Assembly: GCA_029250225.1 (NCBI GenBank)
Contig: JAQWUY010000016.1
Location: 79,275-143,274 of the forward strand
Length of the DNA stretch: 64,000 nucleotides
Reading direction: 5' to 3'
Source of the DNA: Alphaproteobacteria bacterium
Lineage (GTDB): Bacteria; Pseudomonadota; Alphaproteobacteria; JAQWUY01
Shown: positions 37,956-51,484 of the stretch, piece by piece
Layout: every line of letters starts with the position of its first letter
How positions within the stretch are numbered: the first letter of the stretch is position 1
Notes under the pieces: generated by a model
What the model saw: the letters and a program-made list of their open reading frames with translations, nothing else
What the model was told of the DNA's origin: nothing
Databases searched by the model: none
Made by a program: the position numbers and the translations under genes

Positions 37956-39116
37956 TTAATCAGTTTCTATTTTTAAAATTGTATATATTGTTATGATTAG
38001 TAAAATTAAGCATATTAATAACACGCTAATGTATGTATTTATGTCTTGGTAAATAAGCGATATTAAGCTAACAAGTATAGTTGGAATTCCAATTGAAATT
38101 AATGTGAATATACTGCTTGCAAAACCCGCTGATTCTGGAAATTCAGCAATTGCTGATGTCCTTGCCACACTAAAATAACATCCCGTAATAAAAGTTAATA
38201 TTAATTGAATAGCAGAAAAGTTATAAACATTATATCCTACCATACTTACAACAAATATAAATAATATTAAAAGACATAACATAAGAATTGTGTTTTGAAA
38301 AAATCTATGTATGCCGTGTTTACTTATTATTCTATTAGCCCATATAGCAGATAAAATAATTTGAAATGCAATTAACCCAAAAATAATAGAATATGTAAAT
38401 TTATCTGATCCTAATTCATTTATAATTATAAATGGTGAAAATGATATGAACGAGAATATATTTGTGAATACAAGAGCCAATATAATACCATATAAAATAA
38501 ATAATTTATTCCTAAAATATGATGATCCATTTTGTATTAAATTTGATAAGTTTATAGGAATTGGGGTTTTCAATGTTTCTACTAGAAAAATTTTTATCAA
38601 TAACAAAGTAATTATTGAAAATATAAACATAATCAAGAAAGGCCCTTTCCAACCAAATAAATAAATCGATACCACACCAATTAGCGGGCCTATTATGGGT
38701 GCAATTCCAAAACCCATCGCCACTTTTAGATTTACCGCTCTTGCTTGTTTTTTGCTAAACAAATCGTTTGCATATGCACTTGCAAATGGTGTTGCAAAAG
38801 CTCCGCCTATTGCCTGTATTATGCGTGCTATATACAATACATTAATACTTGTTGCTATAAATAGCATTAATGAACCTATTGAAAATATAGATAAACCAAC
38901 TAATGCCATTTTCTTTCTTCCGAACCTGTCAATTAAAGGGCCGTATAATATTGCAAAAGTTGATATAATAAAAGTATAAGAGCTTAATAAAAATTGTACT
39001 TGTGGAACATCAGCTTCAAAAAAAGTTGCTATTTCAGGAAGAGCAGGTAACAATATATCAATCGCAATCGATGGAATTGCTACTACTAATATAAGTGCTG
39101 TTATTATAAGTGACAT
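37956..39116 (-). CDS. MFS transporter, Bcr/CflA drug-efflux subfamily
   Basis: 386 aa with 12 TM helices. IDILLPALPEIATFF..QFLLSSYTF..ILYGPLIDRFGRKK is the Bcr/CflA N-terminal signature. Its ATG shares one nucleotide with the purA stop (TAATG at 39114-39118). Confidence 0.8.
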   Translation of the reverse strand: MSLIITALILVVAIPSIAIDILLPALPEIATFFEADVPQVQFLLSSYTFIISTFAILYGPLIDRFGRKKMALVGLSIFSIGSLMLFIATSINVLYIARIIQAIGGAFATPFASAYANDLFSKKQARAVNLKVAMGFGIAPIIGPLIGVVSIYLFGWKGPFLIMFIFSIITLLLIKIFLVETLKTPIPINLSNLIQNGSSYFRNKLFILYGIILALVFTNIFSFISFSPFIIINELGSDKFTYSIIFGLIAFQIILSAIWANRIISKHGIHRFFQNTILMLCLLILFIFVVSMVGYNVYNFSAIQLILTFITGCYFSVARTSAIAEFPESAGFASSIFTLISIGIPTILVSLISLIYQDINTYISVLLICLILLIITIYTILKIETD

Positions 39117-40405
39117 TATTTAAAAGGATCTTGTATTAAAATTGTATCGTCTCTCTCAGGTGATGTACTTAGAACAGCTACCGGCGTTTCAACTAATTCT
39201 TCTATGCGATTTATATATGCAATAGCATTTTTTGGTAATTTAGATTTATCACGACAACCATATGTGCTTTCACTCCAACCAGACATAGTTTCATAAATTG
39301 GTTTTGCTTTTGCTTGTAATTCTGTTGATGCTGGATAATGGTCGTATTCTTTGCCGTCAATATCATAACCAACACATATTTTTAATTCTTCTATACCGTC
39401 TAGGACATCAAGTTTCATTAATGCCATACCACTAACACCCATAGTTTTGTTTACTTGACGAACTAACACAGCATCAAACCAACCACAACGACGAGGCCTT
39501 TCAGTTACAGTCCCAAATTCGTGACCTCTTTTTGCAAGACCTTCTCCGACCTCATCAAATAATTCTGTCGGGAATGGACCTGAACCAACACGAGTTGTAT
39601 ATGCCTTAGTAATACCTAGTATAAAACCAAGTTTATCAGCACCAACACCGGCTCCAGCGCTTGCTTGTCCAGCGTGTGTATTAGACGATGTTACAAAAGG
39701 ATATGTTCCGTGGTCAATATCAAGTAAGACACCTTGTGCCCCTTCAAACAATATTTTTTCGCCTTTTTTATGTGCTTCATCTAATCTTTTCCAAGCAACA
39801 CCAACAAATGGTGTTATTTTTGATGCTATATCTTTTATTTGATTTATTAATTCATCACGATTAATCGCTTCTTGTCCCATTCCTTTAAAAAGAGGGTTAT
39901 AATGAGTTAATAAATTATCTACTCGTTGAATAATAATTTTTTCGTCAAATAAATCACAAACACGAATTGCACGACGAGCAACTTTATCTTCGTATGCAGG
40001 GCCAATTCCACGGCCAGTAGTACCAATCTTGTTCTTGCCTTTTAATTCTTCGCGAATTATATCAAGTCTTGAATGGATTGGTAAAATTAAAGGAGCATTT
40101 TCAGCTATCATTAAATTAGTAGGAGATATTTCAATTCCTTGTTCAGAAATTCTTTTCATTTCATCAATTAATGCCCAAGGGTCAATTACAACACCATTAC
40201 CAATTATTGATAAAGTTCCTTTGCGAACTATACCACTTGGTAGTAAATTAAGTTTATAAACTTTACCATTGATGGTTAATGTATGACCTGCGTTGTGGCC
40301 ACCTTGGAAACGAACAATCACATCAGCTTGTTCAGACAACCAGTCAACTATTTTACCTTTACCTTCATCGCCCCATTGTGAACCAACTACTACCACATTA
40401 TTCAT
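39116..40405 (-). CDS. purA: Adenylosuccinate synthetase
   Basis: 429 aa with [25 protein letters not shown] and [14 protein letters not shown]. Confidence 0.95.
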   Translation of the reverse strand: MNNVVVVGSQWGDEGKGKIVDWLSEQADVIVRFQGGHNAGHTLTINGKVYKLNLLPSGIVRKGTLSIIGNGVVIDPWALIDEMKRISEQGIEISPTNLMIAENAPLILPIHSRLDIIREELKGKNKIGTTGRGIGPAYEDKVARRAIRVCDLFDEKIIIQRVDNLLTHYNPLFKGMGQEAINRDELINQIKDIASKITPFVGVAWKRLDEAHKKGEKILFEGAQGVLLDIDHGTYPFVTSSNTHAGQASAGAGVGADKLGFILGITKAYTTRVGSGPFPTELFDEVGEGLAKRGHEFGTVTERPRRCGWFDAVLVRQVNKTMGVSGMALMKLDVLDGIEELKICVGYDIDGKEYDHYPASTELQAKAKPIYETMSGWSESTYGCRDKSKLPKNAIAYINRIEELVETPVAVLSTSPERDDTILIQDPFK

Positions 40406-40487
40406 TTTATTATTCCTATTTGCCTTAATTTACAACAGCTATAACTTAAACGATTCATTGAATAATTTCAAGTATGTAATGCAGAGT

Positions 40488-42320
40488 TTAAAAACCAAAA
40501 TATATAGGGGCAATAATACTATATAAAGCCCATATTAAAATGGCAAGAGGAGTCCCAAATTTCACGAAATCCATTACTTTATATTGCCCTGGTGTCATAA
40601 CTAATAAGTTAGTTTGATATGCAAATGGTGTAATAAAACAACAGTTTGCAGCAAATATTACAGCAAATGCAAATGCGTTTATATCAACGGATAAACCTTT
40701 TGCAATGGAAATTGCTATCGGAGTGAATATTACTGCTGTTGCTTGGTTTGATAAAATATTTGTCATCATAACTATAAGTAAGAAAAATATGCTTAAAATT
40801 ACAGCAGGACTAAATCCATCTAATGCATATAGCATAAAGTCCGCTATCAACATTGCCCCACCTGTTTCTTGTAATGCTAGCCCTAATGATAGTGTACTTG
40901 CTAGTAGCATTATTATTTTTCTATCAATTGCTTTCATTGCTTTTTTAAATGTTATACAACCTGTTGAAATCATAACCATTGCTCCAATAGATGTAGCAAT
41001 AGCGGTAGGCAATATATTTGTTGAAATCGTAATAATAGTTAATATAAAAATTATCAGAGTATGAAGTGTATGATGACGGTGATGAATCTCATCCGAAGAT
41101 GATTGTACTAATATGAAATCCGTATAATCCATTACACTTAATATATTTTTACGACTCCCAACAACTAATAATACATCACCTAACCTTAGTTTTATATCCA
41201 TTATTTCATTTTGCAATATTCCGGTATTTCTTTCTATGCCTACCGGAACGAGTTTTCTTTCTTTGGTTAATTGTATTTCACGCAATGATTTTCCAATAAA
41301 TGGTGATTTGTTGGATATTATAATTTCAGCTAATAATTGTCTTTTACCTTCAATCATATCGTGGTCTGTCATATTTTCAATATCACCAGATGCAAATAAT
41401 AATAAATTTTCTCTGTCTGATAGGACTAGTATTTCGTCCTCTGGTACTATAATACGATTATTAAATGGTCTCTCGAATGTTTCATTATTACGAGTAATAG
41501 CTATTATTTCGGCATCGTAACCTTCAATTTTCCAACCATTAATCATTTTTCCCGATATAGGTGATGATGCATCAACTTTTATATTTGCAAAAAACTTTCT
41601 TTCATTTTCTTCGTCTTGAATTTGATTGCGAAGGGGTCTTTTCTTGGGCAATAACCTAGGCAATATTAAAAGAGAATAGATTAAACCAAAAAATGCTAGT
41701 AAAACACCGATTTTAGTAAAAGAGAAAAATGTAAAAGGTTCTTCGCCAGTTTGTGATATAGCTCCTGAAACTATTAGATTAGTTGAAGAGCCGACTAAAG
41801 TTGTCATACCACCCAATATTGTAATATAACTTAGTGGTAATAACCATTTGGTCGGAGATTGTTTTAATCTTGTGCTTAATGCTACGATAATTGGAATAAA
41901 TATTACTACGACTGGAACATTATTCAAGAAAGCCGATAAAAATCCAATTGATATTAATATAACAGTTAATATTAAAAATGGGTTCTTTTTTGTATTTTTA
42001 GTAATTTTACTGGAAATAGTTTCAAGTGTTCCTGTTTCGCCCATTGTAACACCAATAATCATAAGTGACATAATAGTTATTACCGCAGGATTGATAAAAC
42101 TTTTAAATACATGGATAAAATCTAGTTTATTATTGCCGACTTCGTCATATATCGGAAATATATAGAAAAACAATGCTAACAGGACAAGAACCCAACCCGA
42201 AACTATATCTATGGGTAATTTTCCGGAAGTATACAGGTAAAAACTTACAACTAATGTTAAAAATACAAATATTATTTGCAAATTTTCAATATAAAATAAA
42301 ATACTCATATCCATATGCAA
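40488..42320 (-). CDS. SLC13/DASS-superfamily permease with two central TrkA-C (RCK-C) domains
   Basis: 610 aa. The architecture is N-terminal TM bundle, about 190 aa of soluble region with two RCK-C-like repeats (..GKMINGWKIEG.., ..GKSLREIQL..VPVGIERN..), then a C-terminal TM bundle. The true start may be an internal Met. Confidence 0.7.
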   Translation of the reverse strand: MHMDMSILFYIENLQIIFVFLTLVVSFYLYTSGKLPIDIVSGWVLVLLALFFYIFPIYDEVGNNKLDFIHVFKSFINPAVITIMSLMIIGVTMGETGTLETISSKITKNTKKNPFLILTVILISIGFLSAFLNNVPVVVIFIPIIVALSTRLKQSPTKWLLPLSYITILGGMTTLVGSSTNLIVSGAISQTGEEPFTFFSFTKIGVLLAFFGLIYSLLILPRLLPKKRPLRNQIQDEENERKFFANIKVDASSPISGKMINGWKIEGYDAEIIAITRNNETFERPFNNRIIVPEDEILVLSDRENLLLFASGDIENMTDHDMIEGKRQLLAEIIISNKSPFIGKSLREIQLTKERKLVPVGIERNTGILQNEIMDIKLRLGDVLLVVGSRKNILSVMDYTDFILVQSSSDEIHHRHHTLHTLIIFILTIITISTNILPTAIATSIGAMVMISTGCITFKKAMKAIDRKIIMLLASTLSLGLALQETGGAMLIADFMLYALDGFSPAVILSIFFLLIVMMTNILSNQATAVIFTPIAISIAKGLSVDINAFAFAVIFAANCCFITPFAYQTNLLVMTPGQYKVMDFVKFGTPLAILIWALYSIIAPIYFGF

Positions 42321-42375
42321 TTTTATACCATAAAAAAGTTGTAAAAAAAATATATATTGTTATTATTTTTTTATT

Positions 42376-43317
42376 ATGAAAAATATATATAATCCAAGTG
42401 TTAAAAATATAGATAAAGCTGTCGATATTTTAAAAAAGGGGGGCAATATAGTTATGCCCACTGAAACTGTATATGGACTTGCTGGTATTGCCAATAATAA
42501 CAAAGCAGTAGCACAAATATACAATATAAAAAACCGTCCTGAATTTAATCCATTAATTGCACATTGCTGTGATATTGAAATGGTTGAAAAAATAGCCGTT
42601 ATTAATGATATGGCAAGAAAAGTTTTGAATCATTTTAATCGTGGTAGTATAACGATTGTTTTACCGAGTAAGGATAATACAAATTTATCTAAACTAGGTT
42701 GTGCTGGCCTAGATACAGTCGCAATTCGTATACCAAATAATAAAATATGTAATGAAATTATACGCAAATGTGGATTTCCTTTATTTGCTCCGTCTGCTAA
42801 TTACAGCGGTGGTATTTCTCCGACTAAAGCTGAACATGTATATAAAAGTTTGGGCAATAAAGTTGATATGATTTTAGACGGTGGAGCATCTCCGGTTGGA
42901 ATTGAATCTACAATAATTGATTTAAGTAATGATAAACCTGCAATTTTAAGAGCAGGGGCGATTACACAAGATGAACTAGAAAAATTTATTGGTATTGCAT
43001 TAGTCGAAAGAACTTTTGCAAAAGGTAATAATCCAATTGCACCAGGGCAATTAAAATCACACTATAAACCTAAGAAAAAATTATTTATAAACATCGAAAA
43101 GCCTAATTCAAAACAAGCTTTTTTAGGCTATGGCGATTGTGAAGATTGTTTTATAAATCTTTCTAAAAATGGTAATTTAGTTGAAGTTGCTAGTAATTTA
43201 TTCGATGCTTTATACAAGGCCGATGAATCTGAATTTAACGAGATAGCCATTGCACCTATTCCTAATTACGGCATAGGTATTGCAATTAATGATAAAATAA
43301 AAAGAGCTAGTGTTTAA
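42376..43317 (+). CDS. tsaC: L-threonylcarbamoyladenylate synthase, long Sua5/TsaC form (YrdC + Sua5 domains)
   Basis: 313 aa with PTETVYGLAG, KNRPEFNPLIAH, APSANYSGGISPT and GIESTIIDL, followed by a C-terminal Sua5 extension. Confidence 0.85.
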   Translation: MKNIYNPSVKNIDKAVDILKKGGNIVMPTETVYGLAGIANNNKAVAQIYNIKNRPEFNPLIAHCCDIEMVEKIAVINDMARKVLNHFNRGSITIVLPSKDNTNLSKLGCAGLDTVAIRIPNNKICNEIIRKCGFPLFAPSANYSGGISPTKAEHVYKSLGNKVDMILDGGASPVGIESTIIDLSNDKPAILRAGAITQDELEKFIGIALVERTFAKGNNPIAPGQLKSHYKPKKKLFINIEKPNSKQAFLGYGDCEDCFINLSKNGNLVEVASNLFDALYKADESEFNEIAIAPIPNYGIGIAINDKIKRASV

Positions 43318-43318
43318 T

Positions 43319-44794
<1,476 letters not shown>

Positions 44795-45012
44795 TTACTT
44801 TGCATATCTGGTGAAAATATAATCACTTTTCATTAAAAAGTCAATAAAATAAGAAAAAATATAACCACTTATAGAGATAATTGTCTTTAAACAGCTCAAC
44901 TATTTACCACTTTTTTATATTTTTTTAAAAAAAGTGCTTGTATTCCTTTCTTTATTTGTGTTAAATCGTATGTTGTAATAATATTATTTTTACTTATAGG
45001 GAAGTGTAAAAA

Positions 45013-46533
45013 ATGTGTGGTATAGTCGGTGTTTTCACAAAAGAGTTAGCAGTTCAATTAACATATGACGGATTACAAATGTTACAACACCGAGGGCAAG
45101 ATGCTTCAGGTATGGCATCGTGCGACAATCGAACATTTTATTTACATAAAAACAATGGTTTGTTATCTGAGGTATTTAATCAAGATAATTTAATGAAGTT
45201 AAAGGGTAATATGTGTATTGGTCACGTTCGTTACCCAACGGCTGGTTGTTCTTCCTCTACTGAGGCTCAACCTTTTTATGTTAATTCACCTTATGGAATA
45301 GTTTTAGCCCATAATGGTAATTTAACAAATACTAAGGAAATTCAAAAACAATTATATCATAATAATTTAAGACATATTAACACTTCATCGGATTCAGAGG
45401 TTTTGTTAAATGTGTTTGCTCACGCATTAAGTGAGCGAAATTCTGTTAGTGCTACAAAAGATGATATTTTTTATGCGGTAGAACAAGTTCATAAAATATG
45501 TAAAGGTGGTTATGCTGTTGTTGCATTAATAGCAGGTGTTGGAATGGTTGCTTTTCGTGATCCAAATGGGATTCGTCCTTTATGTTTTGGGACTGTTGGC
45601 ATTGGCAAAGAAACATCTTATATGGTTGCCTCAGAAAGTGTTGCATTTGATATAACCGGATTTACAAGGGTTGGCGATATATTGCCAGGGGAAGTATTAT
45701 TTATAGATAAAAAAGGTAATTCCTTCCGTAAAAAGTGTGCTGGTGATAAACCAATTCGTCCTTGTTTATTTGAATATGTTTATTTGTCGCGACCTGATTC
45801 TGTACTAGATGGTATCCCTGTTGATCAAAGCAGGACTAATATGGGTTTTGCCTTAGCAAATAAAATTAAAAAACAATGGAAAAATTACAAAGATGATATT
45901 GATGTAATTATTCCTATTCCGGAAACATCTCGCACTACATCTATTGAAATGGCTAGATTACTTGATATACCTTTACGAGAGGGGTTTGTTAAAAATAGAT
46001 ATGTGGGTAGAACATTTATTATGCCATCTCAGGAAAATCGTTCTGAATCGGTTCGCAGGAAATTAAATGCTATACCTAGTGAGTTCAAAGGAAAAAAAGT
46101 TTTGTTGGTTGATGATTCTATTGTAAGGGGAACAACATCAAGAAAAATCATTGAATTGGTTCGTGAATTAGGTGCTAAAAAAGTTTATATTGCATCTGCG
46201 GCGCCTGAAATTCGTTATCCAAATGTTTATGGTATTGATATGCCTTGCAAAGAAGATTTAATTGCATACAATAAAGATAACGATGAAATATGTAAAATAT
46301 TGGCTTGTGATAAATTAATTTATCAAGATTTAGAAGATTTAAAAAAAGCTGTGTCGGATATAAATCCAAATATAACTGAATTTGATGATTCCGTGTTTTC
46401 TGGTAATTATATTGCAGGTGATTTAAATGATGAATATTTCAATGATTTAAGAATTCTTCGTGATGATTCAAATCAAAATAATAAAGAAATAACTTCATTA
46501 ATTCAAAATATTGTCGTGGATTCAAAACAATAA
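45013..46533 (+). CDS. purF: Amidophosphoribosyltransferase
   Basis: 506 aa with the N-terminal nucleophile MCGIVG, RGQD, and the PRTase motif VLLVDDSIVRGTTS. Confidence 0.95.
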   Translation: MCGIVGVFTKELAVQLTYDGLQMLQHRGQDASGMASCDNRTFYLHKNNGLLSEVFNQDNLMKLKGNMCIGHVRYPTAGCSSSTEAQPFYVNSPYGIVLAHNGNLTNTKEIQKQLYHNNLRHINTSSDSEVLLNVFAHALSERNSVSATKDDIFYAVEQVHKICKGGYAVVALIAGVGMVAFRDPNGIRPLCFGTVGIGKETSYMVASESVAFDITGFTRVGDILPGEVLFIDKKGNSFRKKCAGDKPIRPCLFEYVYLSRPDSVLDGIPVDQSRTNMGFALANKIKKQWKNYKDDIDVIIPIPETSRTTSIEMARLLDIPLREGFVKNRYVGRTFIMPSQENRSESVRRKLNAIPSEFKGKKVLLVDDSIVRGTTSRKIIELVRELGAKKVYIASAAPEIRYPNVYGIDMPCKEDLIAYNKDNDEICKILACDKLIYQDLEDLKKAVSDINPNITEFDDSVFSGNYIAGDLNDEYFNDLRILRDDSNQNNKEITSLIQNIVVDSKQ

Positions 46534-46551
46534 TTAAGAAAGAATAATTAT

Positions 46552-49500
46552 ATGCTAACTTTATTTGGTAAATCGTGTTTATCTAGTCATAAACAATCTT
46601 CTTTATTAAAAAAAATAAATCAATCAAGTTGTAAAGTTAACAATATTTCTGCTCGTTATGTTTATTTTATTGATGGGGAAGTGCCAGATAACAAACAAAA
46701 AATATTACAAGAAATATTAAATTATGGTTTTGATGATGATATTACAGTTAATGACAAAGATTCATTAATTCTTGTTACCCCAAGAATAGGGACAATTTCC
46801 CCTTGGGCATCGAAAGCAACAGATATTGCACATAATGTTGGATTGAATTCAATTAAGCGAATTGAAAGAGCAATAGCATATTATATTAACGGGACAGATA
46901 AAGAGGCAATAGCTAGCAATTTATATGATAGAATGGTTGAATCTGTATTATATGATTTTGATGATGCAAAAAAATTATTTGTAACATCTGAACCAAAACC
47001 ATTATCACATATTGATATTTTGTCTATGGGTAAAGATGCCCTTGTTAAAGCGGACAAAGAATTAGGTTTGGCATTATCGCAACAAGAAATATCTTATCTT
47101 GTTGAAGTATTTACAAAATTAAATCGCAATCCAACAGATGTAGAAATATATATGTTTGCACAGGCAAATTCAGAACATTGTAGGCATAAAATATTTAACT
47201 CATCTTGGGAAATTGACGGCGAGATTCAGAACCAATCATTATTTAGTATGATTAAAAATACATATGAAAAAAATAATACAGGGGTGTTATCTGCATACAA
47301 AGATAATGCTTCGGTAATAAAGGGAAATAAATGCGGAAGATTTTTCCCGAGTTCAAATAATAATAAATATGAATACTATAACGAAGATGTTAACATTTTA
47401 ATGAAAGTTGAAACACATAACCACCCAACAGCTATTGCACCGTTTGAAGGTAGCGCAACTGGTTCAGGTGGTGAAATTCGCGATGAAGGGGCAACGGGTG
47501 TTGGTTCAAAACCTAAAATTGGTTTATCGGGTTTTTCTGTTTCAAATCTAAATATTAGTGAATATATTCGTCCTTGGGAAAATGATTTTTATGGCAAGCC
47601 TAATCATTTATCTTCGTCTCTTGATATTATGATTGATGGACCATTAGGGGTTGCATCGTTTAATAATGAATTCGGAAGACCAAACTTAACTGGTTATTTT
47701 CGTACATTTGAACAAACAGCAAATTCTGTGAATGGTAAAATAAAATATGGTTATCATAAACCTATTATGCTAGCAGGTGGATTGGGAAATATTCGCACAC
47801 AACATATTGAAAAAGGACAAATAGAACAAGGTTATAAATTAATATGTCTAGGCGGGCCTGCTATGTTAATCGGGTTGGGCGGTGGTTCGGCATCATCACT
47901 TAAAAACAGTGATGAAAACCAAGACCTAGATTTTGCATCTGTACAAAGGGGTAACCCAGAAATGGAACGCAGATGCCAAGAAGTTATTGATAGGTGTTGG
48001 CAAATGGATAACAACCCAATAAGTTTTATTCACGATGTTGGGGCGGGTGGTTTGTCAAATGCATTTCCTGAACTTGTAAAAGATGGTGGTTGCGGGGGCA
48101 AATTTGAACTAAGAAATATAAATAATGACGAGATGCATATGTCACCAATGGAAGTTTGGTCAAATGAATCGCAAGAAAGGTATGTAATTGCGATTGCACC
48201 TGAAAGATTAAATGAATTCCAAGCAATATGTAATCGCGAAAGATGCCCGTATGCGGTTGTAGGTACAGCAACTTGTGAAAACCATTTAATATTAAATGAT
48301 AAACATTTTGAAAATAAACCTATCGATTTACCAATGGAATCTTTGTTTGGGAATACACCGCAAATGCACCGTAAATTTAACAGAGTTAATATTAATCAAG
48401 ATGAATTTGATTGCACTGTTCTAGATACAAATGATGCTATTAAAAGAGTATTGTCATTGCCCGCGGTTGCGTCAAAATCATTCTTAATTACTATCGGTGA
48501 CAGATCTATAACAGGTATGGTTGTACAAGATCAGATGGTTGGCCCTTGGCAAACACCGGTTGCTGATTGTGCTGTTTCATCGACTACACTTGATAGTTAT
48601 ACCGGTGAAGCAATGGCAATGGGTGAAAGAACACCGGTTGCGGTAATTGATGCTGTTGCAAGTGGTAGGCTAGCAGTGGGCGAGGTAATTACAAATATGG
48701 CGGGTTCGTATATTGATAAGTTATCTGATATAAAATTATCTGCAAATTGGATGGTAGCATCTTCGCAAGGCAACGAAGATCAAAAATTATTTGATACTGT
48801 TTATGCATTAGGTATGGAAATATGTCCTGAATTAGGATTGACAATTCCCGTTGGTAAAGATTCAATGTCTATGAAAACTGTTTGGAATGATAATAATCAA
48901 GAAAAATCGATAACATCGCCAATGTCATTGGTATTAACTGGATTTGCTCCGGTTACAGATGTTAGAAAAACTTTAACACCGCAATTAAAAAATAAAAAAG
49001 ATACGGTAATTATATATATTGATTTAGGTAATGGAAAAAATAGAATGGGTGGTTCATCTTTGGCACAGGTTTATAATAAAACTGGGACAATTACCCCAAA
49101 TGTTGAAAATCCACAGCAATTAAAATCGTTCTTTGATACCATACAAAAATTAAATAATGATAATAAAATATTATCTTATCACGATCGCAGTGATGGTGGA
49201 TTATTTACTACATTAGCTGAAATGTCTTTTTCAGGTAGAATGGGTTTAAATATTGATTTATCTAATTGTAATGAACATATAAACAAGGTATTGTTTAACG
49301 AAGAATTAGGTGGGATTATACAAGTTAATAAATGCGATGCTGATTCTATATTGCAAGAATTTAACGATAATGAAATTCAAGCAAAAGTAATTGGTTATCC
49401 AACATTAAAACAAGAAATATTGATAAGCCAAAATGAACAATTAATAGTTAATTCAAAGTGTTCTGAATTACAAAAAATATGGGCTGAAACATCTTATCAT

Positions 49501-50403
49501 ATTCAAAAAATGCGTGATAATCCAGATTGTGCTAAGCAAGAATTTATGGAAATAGACAAAGATGATGATAATGGATTGCATATTCATATGACATACGACA
49601 TATCGGCACCAGCTATTAAAAAAACAGCACCTAAGATGGCTATTTTGCGAGAACAAGGTGTAAATGGACAAGTGGAAATGGCAAATGCTTTTCATAGTGC
49701 AGGGTTTGATTGTTACGATGTGCATATGACTGATTTAATCAATAACAGTGTTGATTTATCTAGCTTTAATGGTTTTGTTGCCTGTGGTGGTTTTTCATAT
49801 GGTGATGTATTAGGTGCAGGTGGTGGCTGGGCAAAATCTATTTTATTTAATAGTAAATTAAAAGATGATTTTACTAAATTTTTTGAAGCAAAAGATAAAT
49901 TTACCCTAGGTGTGTGTAATGGTTGTCAAATGTTATCACAATTATCAGGGTTAATGTTAAACGAGCAAAATATACCTAGGTTTGTAAAAAATACATCGAA
50001 TCAATTTGAAGCAAGAATAGCAATGGTTGAAATTCAAGCGACAAAATCTATTTTCTTCGAAGGTATGGCTGGTTCTAGGTTGCCTATTGCTGTTGCACAC
50101 GGTGAAGGCAGAGTTAAATTTGGAAATAATCAAGCTGTTGATTCATTGTATGATAATAAACAAATTACACTTAGATATGTTGATAATAATGGAAATGCAA
50201 CACAAAATTACCCAGCAAATCCGAATGGTTCAATTGATGGTATTACAGGTATTTGTTCAGATGATGGTCGTATAACAATGATGATGCCACATCCAGAGCG
50301 ATTTTACAGAGGTGTTCAAAATTCGTGGACTCGTGATTTAGATGAAGATGGTCCTTGGAAACAAATATTTTATAATGCGTATAAATGGACAACTCAATCA
50401 TAA
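46552..50403 (+). CDS. purL: Phosphoribosylformylglycinamidine synthase, large single-chain form
   Basis: 1283 aa. The FGAM synthetase core carries [26 protein letters not shown]. The fused C-terminal glutaminase carries GVCNGCQM and the HGEG and MPHPER blocks. Confidence 0.95.
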   Translation: MLTLFGKSCLSSHKQSSLLKKINQSSCKVNNISARYVYFIDGEVPDNKQKILQEILNYGFDDDITVNDKDSLILVTPRIGTISPWASKATDIAHNVGLNSIKRIERAIAYYINGTDKEAIASNLYDRMVESVLYDFDDAKKLFVTSEPKPLSHIDILSMGKDALVKADKELGLALSQQEISYLVEVFTKLNRNPTDVEIYMFAQANSEHCRHKIFNSSWEIDGEIQNQSLFSMIKNTYEKNNTGVLSAYKDNASVIKGNKCGRFFPSSNNNKYEYYNEDVNILMKVETHNHPTAIAPFEGSATGSGGEIRDEGATGVGSKPKIGLSGFSVSNLNISEYIRPWENDFYGKPNHLSSSLDIMIDGPLGVASFNNEFGRPNLTGYFRTFEQTANSVNGKIKYGYHKPIMLAGGLGNIRTQHIEKGQIEQGYKLICLGGPAMLIGLGGGSASSLKNSDENQDLDFASVQRGNPEMERRCQEVIDRCWQMDNNPISFIHDVGAGGLSNAFPELVKDGGCGGKFELRNINNDEMHMSPMEVWSNESQERYVIAIAPERLNEFQAICNRERCPYAVVGTATCENHLILNDKHFENKPIDLPMESLFGNTPQMHRKFNRVNINQDEFDCTVLDTNDAIKRVLSLPAVASKSFLITIGDRSITGMVVQDQMVGPWQTPVADCAVSSTTLDSYTGEAMAMGERTPVAVIDAVASGRLAVGEVITNMAGSYIDKLSDIKLSANWMVASSQGNEDQKLFDTVYALGMEICPELGLTIPVGKDSMSMKTVWNDNNQEKSITSPMSLVLTGFAPVTDVRKTLTPQLKNKKDTVIIYIDLGNGKNRMGGSSLAQVYNKTGTITPNVENPQQLKSFFDTIQKLNNDNKILSYHDRSDGGLFTTLAEMSFSGRMGLNIDLSNCNEHINKVLFNEELGGIIQVNKCDADSILQEFNDNEIQAKVIGYPTLKQEILISQNEQLIVNSKCSELQKIWAETSYHIQKMRDNPDCAKQEFMEIDKDDDNGLHIHMTYDISAPAIKKTAPKMAILREQGVNGQVEMANAFHSAGFDCYDVHMTDLINNSVDLSSFNGFVACGGFSYGDVLGAGGGWAKSILFNSKLKDDFTKFFEAKDKFTLGVCNGCQMLSQLSGLMLNEQNIPRFVKNTSNQFEARIAMVEIQATKSIFFEGMAGSRLPIAVAHGEGRVKFGNNQAVDSLYDNKQITLRYVDNNGNATQNYPANPNGSIDGITGICSDDGRITMMMPHPERFYRGVQNSWTRDLDEDGPWKQIFYNAYKWTTQS

Positions 50404-50426
50404 TTTATAAGTAAAGGTTAAAAATA

Positions 50427-51476
50427 ATGGCAAAAATTGATTATAAACAAGCAGGTGTTGATATTGATGCTGGTAATGAATCAGTCGAAAGAATTAAACA
50501 ATGTGTTAAGGAAACACATACAAAAAATGTTTTAACTGGGTTGGGCAGTTTTGGTTCGCTGTTTTCATTAAAAGATGTTTTAAAAAACTATGATGATCCT
50601 GTTTTAGTACAAAGTATAGATGGAGTTGGAACTAAAACCATTGTCGCAAATATGGCAAAAAAATATGAAAACTTAGGGCGAGATTTATTTTCTGCTACTT
50701 GTAATGATATTATTGTTATGGGTGCGAAACCTTTAACATTCTTGGATTATATAGCATTTGATAAATTATCACCTAGCACTGTACAAGAATTAGTTTCTGG
50801 TATGTCAAAAGCCTGTTGTGAAAGCAATGTTTCATTAGTAGGTGGTGAGACTGCTGAAATGCCTAATGTATATTTAAAAAATGAAATAGATGTTGTGGGT
50901 ATTATTACCGGCGTTGTAGAAAAAGAAAATATAATAAATGGCAAGGATATTGTCGCTGGTGATAAAGTTTATGCAATTAATTCAAGTGGATTACACACAA
51001 ATGGTTTTTCGCTAGCAAGAAAAATATTATTTGATATCGGCGGGTTTAAAATAGACGATAAACCTAGCCAATTACAAGGTGCATCAATAGGGTATGAATT
51101 ATTGCAATATCATATAAATTATACCAATCCAATTCACAAAATATTAGATGATGGTATTCATATTAAAGGTATGGCACATATTACAGGTGGCGGTATAATA
51201 GAAAACATACCGCGTGTATTACCTGATAATCTTACGGTTGAAATTGATACAAATAGTTGGAATACACCTAATATATTTAATTTAATACAAGAAACAGGTT
51301 CAGTTGATAGCCTAGAAATGCACCGTGCATTTAATATGGGTGTTGGTATTGTTATAATTGGTGATAAAACAATAGAAAATAAATTACAAAATGTAATTCA
51401 AGATTACCCAACATTAACGTTAAGCAGTATCGGTGATGTAGTTGTGGGAAATGAAGTTAAATTATTAAACTTATAA
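50427..51476 (+). CDS. purM: Phosphoribosylformylglycinamidine cyclo-ligase (AIR synthetase)
   Basis: 349 aa with YKQAGVDIDAGN, DGVGTK and AHITGGG. Confidence 0.93.
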   Translation: MAKIDYKQAGVDIDAGNESVERIKQCVKETHTKNVLTGLGSFGSLFSLKDVLKNYDDPVLVQSIDGVGTKTIVANMAKKYENLGRDLFSATCNDIIVMGAKPLTFLDYIAFDKLSPSTVQELVSGMSKACCESNVSLVGGETAEMPNVYLKNEIDVVGIITGVVEKENIINGKDIVAGDKVYAINSSGLHTNGFSLARKILFDIGGFKIDDKPSQLQGASIGYELLQYHINYTNPIHKILDDGIHIKGMAHITGGGIIENIPRVLPDNLTVEIDTNSWNTPNIFNLIQETGSVDSLEMHRAFNMGVGIVIIGDKTIENKLQNVIQDYPTLTLSSIGDVVVGNEVKLLNL

Positions 51477-51484
51477 GGTAGAAA

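Noticed and set aside
37956-39116. The Bcr/CflA MFS gene, considered as the dedicated siderophore exporter of the cluster.
   Set aside because: It is on the opposite strand and shares a TAATG stop/start with purA, so it is most simply part of the purA transcript. An export role cannot be excluded, but the sequence does not support it.
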